Source: Kineococcus radiotolerans SRS30216 = ATCC BAA-149
GTDB taxonomy: Bacteria > Actinomycetota > Actinomycetes > Actinomycetales > Kineococcaceae
Assembly (NCBI RefSeq): GCF_000017305.1
Contig: NC_009664.2
Location: forward strand, 4,260,001 to 4,292,000
Direction: 5' to 3'
Length of the DNA stretch: 32,000 nt
Of the stretch, positions 25,559 to 32,000 are shown one piece after another. The translations under genes were made by a program, and so were the position numbers. The notes beneath the pieces are model-generated. The model was not told the DNA's origin. It did not search any database and saw only the letters and a program-made list of their open reading frames with translations. Within the stretch, counting starts at the first letter, position 1, and the number at the start of each line of letters is the position of its first letter.

Positions 25559-26123
25559 GGCGCGGGGGGGGGGCGGCCTGGGGACCACGGAGCGGGTCGG
25601 CTCCGCGTCGCGCAGCGTCCTGCACCCACGGGACCCTGGCTCGAACCCGGCCCGTCGACCGGCTCCGCGGCAGCACGGGCAGCCGGAGAGGCAGCGCGGT
25701 CCGCGACGACTGGGTCGTGGTCTTCGACCGGTCCGCTGGTAGCAGCTCCGCCGAGGAGGCCCTGGCTGCGCAGGCTGTGCTCCCGATGCCGGGCGACCCT
25801 CACGGCGTGGTGCCTTTCCCGATCACCTGGGCCGGATCTTTCCACGACGCTGCTCAGAGGGTCGGGCAGGGGAATCGGACGTGACGAGAACTCACGGAGC
25901 GACCTACCGGTGGGGTGAATCGCCGGTACGACCGCGGTGGCGCCATCCCCGAGGGGCCCTGCCCTGCGCGCCGGCTGACCTCGACGAGCTCGCCCACTTC
26001 GTGTCGAGCCGCAGGGAGAGCCGCTGGAGCTGACCGGCCCTGCCGACGGGTCGGACCGGCCGTGCGCCGCGGGCGCGGCCGGCGTGACGTGCGGACGGCC
26101 CAGCGAGACGGCGCCCGTGGCTG

Positions 26124-26465
26124 TCACGGCTGCAGTTGCGTGAGCCAGGCCCAGTGGTGCCACATCTGTCGGCAGCCGTTGCGTCGACAGGACCGGTCGG
26201 TGAACTTCTGCAGGGTGGGTCGTTCTTCGCGGCCGGTGGAGAGCTTGAAGCTGCAGTGGGACCAGTAGAAGAGACCGTCGTGGTCGGACCGCAGCTCGCC
26301 CCAGGGCCAGTGCCACTCGAGGTCGTCCTTGATGTGGACGCGCAGCCGGACGCGTCGAACGAGGTCGGGGAACTGGACCAGCGTGTCGGGGAGGTCGGGC
26401 TCGTCCACGGGCAGGAGGCTACGGCGCGGGGCGGGGACTGTCAGCACGTCCAGCGGGAGCCCCAC
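26124..26465 (-). CDS. Hypothetical Trp/Cys/His-rich protein, no family recognised
   Basis: 113-aa ORF with mostly G/C-ending codons. It contains EWHWPWGELRSDHDGLFYWSHCSFKL...CRRNGCRQMWHHWAW. There is no convincing RBS and the start is uncertain. Confidence 0.4.
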   Translation of the reverse strand: MGLPLDVLTVPAPRRSLLPVDEPDLPDTLVQFPDLVRRVRLRVHIKDDLEWHWPWGELRSDHDGLFYWSHCSFKLSTGREERPTLQKFTDRSCRRNGCRQMWHHWAWLTQLQP

Positions 26466-26569
26466 GAGGGGTCATCGGGACCGTGGGGCGGTGACCCCGC
26501 CTCGCGGCCGGCCGTCGGCGCCCGCCCTGCTGGCCACGAGGGTCGTCCCGACGAGGGCCCCCGCGGCCC

Positions 26570-28009
26570 TCACCCCACGTGCGCTCGCGGTTGGATCCTG
26601 GTGCTGAGCACGGCGGTGACCGTCAGGAGGGTCGCGGCGACGAGGAGGCTGGTGCGCAGGCCTCCGGTGAAGGTGTCCGGGTCGGCGATGAGGGCGCCGA
26701 AGACGGCGATGGCCACCGCCCCGCCGACCTGGCGGAAGGTGTTGAACACCGCGCTGGCGGTACCGGCCCGCTCGGACGGCACACCCTCCAGGACGACGCT
26801 GGTCACCGACGGCATGGCCAGCGAGCCGCCGACCCCGATGGGGATCAAGCACAGCGCCACCAGCCACGGCGAGCGCTGGGCGGTCGCCGGGATCAACGCG
26901 AGGAGCCCGACCACCATGCACGACTGCCCGAGCACCACCGGTACCCGGGCACCGAAGCGGTTGGTGACGGGGCCGCTGGTGAGGTTGCCGGCGATCGCGA
27001 AGAGCGCGGCGGGGATGAACACGAGCCCGGCGTGGGTGGGGGAGAGGTCCAGTTGCTGCTGCAGGAAGAGGCTGACGAGGAACACGTGGCCGTAGTTGGC
27101 GACCATGAAGGCGAAACCGACCGGCAGGGCCAGGCGGAAGCCGCGAGCGTGGAAGAGGTTCAGCGGCATCATCGGGTGCCGCCCCCGCGCCTGCACGGCC
27201 ACGAAGGCGGCGAGCGCCGCGGCGGCCACGGCCAGGGCCGCGACGACGGGGCCGGCGCCGAACCCGGCGTGCCCGCCCTCGATGAGGCCGTAGACCAGCG
27301 CGGACAGACCGAGGACGGACAGGACCTGCCCCGCGGCGTCGAAGCGTGCCGGGCGGGTCGGGGAGGGCGCCACCGCGAGCAGGGCCAGCAGCATGGCGGC
27401 ACCGACGGGGACGTTGATGCTGAAGACCCAGCGCCAGTCGATGCTGGTGGCCAGTCCCCCCAGCGGCTGGCCCACCAGCGCGGAGACGGCGCCGCCGACG
27501 GCCCACACCCCCAGCGCCCGCGCGCGCCGCGCCGCGTCGGGGAAGGCTTCGCGGACCAGCGCCATCGAGGCGGGCAGCATCACGGCCGCGGCGGCACCCT
27601 GGGCGGCGCGGGCGGTGATGAGCGTCGCGGCGGTGGGGGATGCGGCGCAGGCGGCGGAGGTGAGCGTGAAGGCGGCGATGCCCAGGGCGAGGGCCTTCTT
27701 GGCGCCGATGCGGTCGGCCAGGGTGCCGGCGAAGAGCAGCAGGGCGGCGAAGAGCAGGGTGTAGGAGTCGATGACCCACTGCTGGGTGGCGGTCCCCCCG
27801 CCGAGTTCGTCGCCGATGGTGGAGAGGGCGACGTTGACGATGGAGATGTCCAGGGTGATCAGGAAGAAGCCCAGGGAGGCGATGGCCAGGACGGTGCGAG
27901 CGTGCGGGCCGTCGCCGAGGGGCTCCTCGCCCGTGCGGGGGGTGGGCGGGACGAGCGGTGGCGCGTGAGGTGCGTCGTCGTGGGAGTGGTGGGAACCGGT
28001 GGTGCTCAG
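26570..28009 (-). CDS. MFS transporter, DHA2 (EmrB/QacA-like, 14-TMS) family; non-canonical (CTG?) start
   Basis: The track begins at GTG 27583. The same frame stays open up to TAG 28076-28078 and encodes TVLAIASLGFFLITLDISIVNVALSTIGDELGGGTATQQWVIDSYTLLFAALLLFAGTLADRIGAKK, which is typical DHA2 TMS1-2. CTG 28009 is preceded by AGAGG at 5 nt. Confidence 0.75.
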   Translation of the reverse strand: MSTTGSHHSHDDAPHAPPLVPPTPRTGEEPLGDGPHARTVLAIASLGFFLITLDISIVNVALSTIGDELGGGTATQQWVIDSYTLLFAALLLFAGTLADRIGAKKALALGIAAFTLTSAACAASPTAATLITARAAQGAAAAVMLPASMALVREAFPDAARRARALGVWAVGGAVSALVGQPLGGLATSIDWRWVFSINVPVGAAMLLALLAVAPSPTRPARFDAAGQVLSVLGLSALVYGLIEGGHAGFGAGPVVAALAVAAAALAAFVAVQARGRHPMMPLNLFHARGFRLALPVGFAFMVANYGHVFLVSLFLQQQLDLSPTHAGLVFIPAALFAIAGNLTSGPVTNRFGARVPVVLGQSCMVVGLLALIPATAQRSPWLVALCLIPIGVGGSLAMPSVTSVVLEGVPSERAGTASAVFNTFRQVGGAVAIAVFGALIADPDTFTGGLRTSLLVAATLLTVTAVLSTRIQPRAHVG

Positions 28010-28266
28010 GTCGACCTCTGGGGGATGCGGTGGGTGGGCGCGGGGACGCTGGGGCGTCGACGTCGTGGGGCGAGCCTAGGAGACCGGGGGAGGTCAGGGC
28101 TCGCTGAGCGTGAGCGCGGAGAGGACCCGGTCACCCGGAACAGGAACTCCCCCCGGGTGCTCACCACGTCAGCGTCCCGGCGACCAGCTGAGGAACCCCC
28201 GCCGAGCGGTCGAGCGGTCGCCCGTCCCGGGTCCGGGTGGGTCCTGATCGCCAGGCGCGGTCGAAC

Positions 28267-29466
28267 TCACCAGCGTCGAGGGAACGCCGTACGTCGTCCT
28301 CGCAGGGTCAGCAGGAAGGCGACGACCCCGAGCGCGATCATGCTCACGGCCAGCACCAGGCCGTCCGAGTGCCGCACGAGCAGGCCGCCGAGCACACCGG
28401 CGGCGAAGATGGCGACGTTGAACGCCACGGGGAGGAAGGCGCTGGCGACGTCGGCGTTGTCACCGCCGGCGACGGTCAGCGCGGTCTGCAGCTGGGTGGA
28501 GGCACCTCCGAAGCCGAGTCCCCACAGCACAGCGGCGACAAGGACGGTCACCGTCGACGCGTGCGCGGCCAGGAGCAGGACGGCGGCCACGACGAAGACC
28601 AGCACACTGGTGTGCAGCAGCAGGCGGGGGTGACGGTCGATGACCGCGCCGGTGAGGACCACCCCGGCGATGGAGGCCACCCCGTACACCAGCAGCATGA
28701 CGTCGGGGCGGATCCCGCTCCCGGAGTCGCGCAGGTAGGGCTCGATGTAGGTGTAGATCGTGTTGTGGGCCAGCATCCACGCCGCGATCACGGCCAGCAC
28801 GATGCCGATGCCCGGCATCCGGATCACCCGGTGCAGCGGCAGGCGCGACTGCGCCGGCTGACCGGCCGCGTCCGGGACGAACACGACGATCAGCACGAGG
28901 ACCACCAGTCCCAGGACGCTGAGCCCGCCGAAGGACCAGCGCCAGTCGAAGGCGGTACCGAGGGCGGACCCGAGCGGGGTGCCGAACGCGAAGCCGAGGG
29001 GAGCTCCCACCGACACCACCGCCAGCGACAGCCCGGCGCGCGAGGGTGGGCTGATCCTGCGCGCGTAGGCGGCGAACATCCCCCAGACGATCCCGGAGCA
29101 GGCCCCGGCGACGACGCGGGAGGCGAGGGAGAGGGCCACGTCCGTGGAGACGGCGGTGACCGCGTTCGCCGCGACCAGTCCGGCGATGGTGGTGAGGAGC
29201 AGGGGCTTGCGCCGGAGCCCGCGGGTCAGGGTGATGGCGGGGACCGTGACGACGATCGTGCCCAACGCGTAGGCGCTGATCAGCAGCCCGACGGTCGACT
29301 CGCTCGTACGGAGTCCGCCCGCGATAGCGGACAGCAGCCCGGCGGGCATGGTCTCCATCGTGACGAGGATGAAGCCCATGGCGGTCAGCAGGACCAGGCT
29401 GAGCCACGGCATGCGCTGGGGGTCGGTGCTGGTGGGGTCCTGCACCGGGGAGCTGGTGGAGTGCAT
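28267..29466 (-). CDS. MFS transporter (12-TMS, DHA1/sugar-efflux-like)
   Basis: 399 aa. ATG 29466 follows AGGAAGACC. The sequence is hydrophobic and MFS-like throughout, including the loop TLTRGLRRKPLLL. Confidence 0.85.
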   Translation of the reverse strand: MHSTSSPVQDPTSTDPQRMPWLSLVLLTAMGFILVTMETMPAGLLSAIAGGLRTSESTVGLLISAYALGTIVVTVPAITLTRGLRRKPLLLTTIAGLVAANAVTAVSTDVALSLASRVVAGACSGIVWGMFAAYARRISPPSRAGLSLAVVSVGAPLGFAFGTPLGSALGTAFDWRWSFGGLSVLGLVVLVLIVVFVPDAAGQPAQSRLPLHRVIRMPGIGIVLAVIAAWMLAHNTIYTYIEPYLRDSGSGIRPDVMLLVYGVASIAGVVLTGAVIDRHPRLLLHTSVLVFVVAAVLLLAAHASTVTVLVAAVLWGLGFGGASTQLQTALTVAGGDNADVASAFLPVAFNVAIFAAGVLGGLLVRHSDGLVLAVSMIALGVVAFLLTLRGRRTAFPRRW

Positions 29467-29469
29467 TGA

Positions 29470-29491
29470 GGTCTTCCTACGCGGTCTTCCT
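29470..29491. repeat. Direct repeat GGTCTTCCT x2 (minus sense AGGAAGACC-gcgt-AGGAAGACC-tca-ATG): duplicated Shine-Dalgarno-containing unit
   Basis: Read directly at 29470-29478 and 29483-29491. Confidence 0.6.
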
Positions 29492-29646
29492 GGTGGCCGG
29501 CGTCGGCAGCGCTGGACGCGCTGCTGGAGCTGGCCGGGGTGGTCAGCTGAACCAGCTGGGCGACAGGGGGTAGTGCTGCTCGAGCGCCTGCACCTCGTTT
29601 CCGGCCGGCGCCCTCCGGGTCGCGGTCGCGGACGGGGGACGGGTCG

Positions 29647-30564
29647 TCACGGGGTAGAGCTTCGATCGACCCTTGAGGAGGCATCGTGGGTGAGGCGTTC
29701 CGTGGCGGCCCAGGTCGCCAGCAGGTCCAGCGCCTGCGCGGTGGGGCTCGCCGGTTCCGCGGCGTACAGGGTCAGCGTCAGCCCGGGTTCGGCGACCATC
29801 TCCAGCGACTCGTAGGCCAGGTCGAGCTCACCGACCGCGGTGTGGTGGAAGCGCTTGGTCCCCGCGCCGTGCAGGCGCACGTCGTGCGAGCTCCACAGGG
29901 CGCGGAACTCCTCGCTGCGGGTGGAGAGTTCACCGACGAGGTCGTGCATGACCTTGTCGTGCGGATCCCGGCCGGCCTCGGTGCGCAGGATCGAGACGCA
30001 GGTCGCCGCGGCGGTCGCCCAGTCGGGGTAGAAGCGCCGGGCGTCGGCGTCGAGGAAGGTGTAGCGCGCGAAGTTGGGGTGGGTCCCCCCGCCGGCGGCG
30101 TCGAGGGAGGCGTACAGGCTGGAGTGCATCGCCCAGCCCAGGGTGTTGGTCGCCAGCAGGTCCATCCGCCCGTTGCGCACGATCGCCGGGCCGGCGGTGA
30201 ACGCGTCCAGCGCCCACTGCAGACCCGGGCGGGCACTCCACCTCGACGTCGAGCGCCGCCGCGGACGGGCCAGGGCACTGGTCCCGTCGGCGGCGCTGGC
30301 CAGGTCGAAGAGGTGGGTGCGCTCGGCGTCGTCGAGGCGAAAGGCTCGGGCCAGGGACTCCAGCACCGAGGCGGAGACCCCGGCCAGCGCCCCGCGCTCG
30401 AGCTTGGCGTAGTACTCCACGCTGATGCCGGCCAGGGCGGCGGCCTCCGCGCGGCGCAGCCCGGGGACCCGGCGCGGTCCCACGTCGGGCAGTCCCGCCT
30501 CGGCGGGGGTGAGCTTGGCGCGGCGGGTGGTGAGGAAGTCCCGGACCTCGGCGCGGTTGTCCAT
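29647..30564 (-). CDS. MmyB-like XRE-family regulator (HTH + MmyB-type ligand domain)
   Basis: MDNRAEVRDFLTTRRAKLTPAEAGLP...RRVPGLRRAEAAALAGISVEYYAKLERG is the characteristic MmyB-family N-terminus. An alternative GTG start lies at 30573. Confidence 0.85.
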   Translation of the reverse strand: MDNRAEVRDFLTTRRAKLTPAEAGLPDVGPRRVPGLRRAEAAALAGISVEYYAKLERGALAGVSASVLESLARAFRLDDAERTHLFDLASAADGTSALARPRRRSTSRWSARPGLQWALDAFTAGPAIVRNGRMDLLATNTLGWAMHSSLYASLDAAGGGTHPNFARYTFLDADARRFYPDWATAAATCVSILRTEAGRDPHDKVMHDLVGELSTRSEEFRALWSSHDVRLHGAGTKRFHHTAVGELDLAYESLEMVAEPGLTLTLYAAEPASPTAQALDLLATWAATERLTHDASSRVDRSSTP

Positions 30565-30613
30565 GACGGCCACGCTAAACGCCCCGTGCAGGCATGAGGA
30601 GTCACTGCCGTGA

Positions 30614-30632
30614 GGTGTACCGGCGGTACACC
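30614..30632. promoter_or_regulatory. 19-bp palindrome GGTGTACCG-g-CGGTACACC in the MmyB/ADH divergent spacer (candidate operator)
   Basis: Perfect 9-1-9 dyad read directly, lying 50 nt upstream of the regulator start. Confidence 0.45.
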
Positions 30633-30778
30633 CCTCGACAGGGCACCGCTGGCAGGCAGCCGACGCCTTTGCGGGGGCGTTGAATACCGGTGACGCACCA
30701 CCTCGGTGCGCCGGACCGGCCAGCTCGTCCTGCCTGGCGGGGGCCGTCCCGCGTGGTCCACCTACCGGCAGTCACCCG

Positions 30779-30788
30779 CTACCGGTAG
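30779..30788. promoter_or_regulatory. Palindrome CTACCGGTAG, preceded by a direct CTACCGG at 30762-30768, about 30 nt upstream of the ADH start
   Basis: Read directly. It shares the TACCGG core with the 19-bp palindrome and with 30685-30690. Confidence 0.4.
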
Positions 30789-30815
30789 CCACCTGTCTGT
30801 GTGAGGAGCAACCCT

Positions 30816-31841
30816 GTGCGCGCTGTCGTGATGCACGCCCCCCGTGACGTCCGTGTCGAGGATCGTCCCGAGCCGAGGATCCAGAAGCCCACCGACGCGA
30901 TCATCCGCCTGGCCGCGACCTGCATCTGCGGATCCGACCTGTGGCCCTACCGCGGCGCCGACGAGGTGAGCGAACCGCTGCCCATGGGCCACGAGTACGC
31001 CGGGGTGGTCGAGGAGATCGGTGCCGACGTCCACGACATCGAGGTCGGTGACTTCGTCGTCGGTTCCTTCTTCGCCTCCGACAACACCTGCGAGATCTGC
31101 CGCGCGGGCTACCAGACCAGCTGCCTGCACCGCGAGGTGCTGGGCACCGGCGGCGGCGCCCAGGCCGAGCGGATGCGCGTGCCCCTGGCCGACGGCACCC
31201 TCGTCGCCACCCCCGCGATGCCCGACGCCGACCTGATCCCCAGCCTGCTGGCCGCCTCCGACGTCCTGGGTACCGGCTGGTTCGGAGCCGTGGCCGCCGA
31301 AGCCGGCCCCGGCAAGACCGTCGCCGTCGTCGGTGACGGAGCCGTGGGCCTGTCCGCGGTGCTGGCCGCGAAGCAGCTCGGAGCCGAAAAGATCGTCCTG
31401 TTCAGCCGTCACGCCGACCGTCAGGCGCTGGGCCGGGAGTTCGGCGCCACCGACGTCATCGAGGAGCGCGGTGACGAGGGGATCGCCAAGCTCAAGGAGC
31501 TCACCGGCGGCCTCGGTGCGCACTCCGTCGTCGAGGCCGTCGGCACCCACGAGTCCATGCACCAGGCCATCGGGTCCACCCGCCCCGGCGGGCACGTCGG
31601 TTTCGTCGGGGTCCTACACGACGTGGCCATCACGGGTGAGGACATCTTCATGACCCACGTGCACCTGCACGGTGGCCCGGCGCCGGTGCGCCGCTTCCTG
31701 CCCGAGCTGATCGACCTCATCTGGACCCGCCGCATCGACCCGGGCAAGGTCTTCGACCTCGAACTGCCCTTGGACGAGGCCGCCGAGGGGTACCGGGCGA
31801 TGGACGAGCGCCGCGCCACCAAGGTCCTGCTGCGTCCGTGA
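30816..31841 (+). CDS. Zinc-dependent alcohol dehydrogenase (MDR family)
   Basis: CICGSDLWPYRG and PMGHEYAGVVEEIG zinc-site motifs, and a VVGDGAVG Rossmann motif. GTG 30816 follows GAGGAG at 7 nt; the track start at 30801 lies inside the RBS. Confidence 0.9.
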   Translation: MRAVVMHAPRDVRVEDRPEPRIQKPTDAIIRLAATCICGSDLWPYRGADEVSEPLPMGHEYAGVVEEIGADVHDIEVGDFVVGSFFASDNTCEICRAGYQTSCLHREVLGTGGGAQAERMRVPLADGTLVATPAMPDADLIPSLLAASDVLGTGWFGAVAAEAGPGKTVAVVGDGAVGLSAVLAAKQLGAEKIVLFSRHADRQALGREFGATDVIEERGDEGIAKLKELTGGLGAHSVVEAVGTHESMHQAIGSTRPGGHVGFVGVLHDVAITGEDIFMTHVHLHGGPAPVRRFLPELIDLIWTRRIDPGKVFDLELPLDEAAEGYRAMDERRATKVLLRP

Positions 31842-31875
31842 CCCCCGCACCGAGCACCCGACGGAGAGGAACACC

Positions 31876-32000
31876 GTGCAGCTCACGAGCCTGAACCCGA
31901 CGCAGCAGCTGACCGCCACGTTCACGGGGGACGTCTACATGACCCCCCTCGGTGCGGGCGGGCCCCCTTCCCGCCTCAGCGTGGCCCTGGTCCGCTTCAC
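31876..32000 (+). CDS. Cupin-domain protein, N-terminal fragment (runs off window)
   Basis: GTG follows GGAGAGGA at 5 nt. VQLTSLNPTQQLTATFTGDVYMTPLGAGGPPSRLSVALVRF resembles small cupin proteins often found beside ADH/MmyB pairs. Only 41 codons are visible. Confidence 0.55.
   Translation, partial: MQLTSLNPTQQLTATFTGDVYMTPLGAGGPPSRLSVALVRF

Noticed and set aside
25564-25597. Possible G-quadruplex around the G10 tract
   Set aside because: I could not place four G3 runs with canonical loop lengths. I treat it only as a homopolymer tract.
25635-25660. tRNA-like T-arm (CCTGG-CTCGAAC-CCGGC), a possible tRNA 3' fragment or att site
   Set aside because: The T-stem pairs only partially. The predicted acceptor 5' strand (tcgacgg) is absent at the expected position near 25587. 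No integrase is nearby.
1-32000. Search for CRISPR arrays, transposase/integrase genes, rRNA/tRNA, toxin-antitoxin pairs or known defence-system genes
   Set aside because: No regularly spaced repeats, no recombinase- or nuclease-like ORFs and no structured RNA genes were recognised. The LAL regulator's ATPase is a transcription-factor type with a LuxR HTH, not a defence STAND protein as far as the sequence shows.

Overview
Very GC-rich (by eye over 70% G+C, GC3-saturated codons), actinobacterial-type chromosomal segment. I call 26 protein-coding genes (two cut by the window edges) and one gene remnant. I found no rRNA, tRNA, CRISPR array, transposase or integrase. The content is a mosaic of one-component regulators paired with small-molecule enzymes and transporters. 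In order: TetR next to a secreted GH3 glycosidase; an HTH-less LacI-type sugar-binding core fused to GGDEF; SDR divergent from AraC; an ABM monooxygenase + esterase operon; MerR divergent from SnoaL-like + SDR; a protein with an Lsr2-type C-terminal DNA-binding domain. Then a minus-strand run of isochorismatase-like hydrolase, GMC oxidoreductase, alpha/beta hydrolase, LuxR-type LAL ATPase regulator and alpha/beta hydrolase, with a divergent GlxA/AraC regulator. Then a secreted M6 (InhA-like) metalloprotease; a nitrilase-superfamily hydrolase + APC permease; two MFS exporters; and an MmyB-like XRE regulator divergent from Zn-ADH + cupin. I did not recognise a defence, toxin-antitoxin, secretion or biosynthetic system, and I do not claim one. 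The most interesting signals are at cis-element and gene-architecture level. (1) About 190 bp comprising the LAL regulator 3' end, its downstream 134-nt leader and the next start codon is present a second time 5 kb away; there the regulator part has decayed but the non-coding leader is about 90% conserved. (2) A 41-nt motif is shared by two promoter regions flanking the AraC gene. (3) An MFS gene has about 140 N-terminal codons, including TMS1-4, with no ATG/GTG/TTG, implying a CTG or other non-canonical start. (4) The sugar-binding-domain/GGDEF fusion sits beside the GH3 gene. (5) The Lsr2-domain protein is chimeric, with RGR changed to RGP. Many very long ORFs in the track are antisense or off-frame artefacts of the GC content and are rejected.
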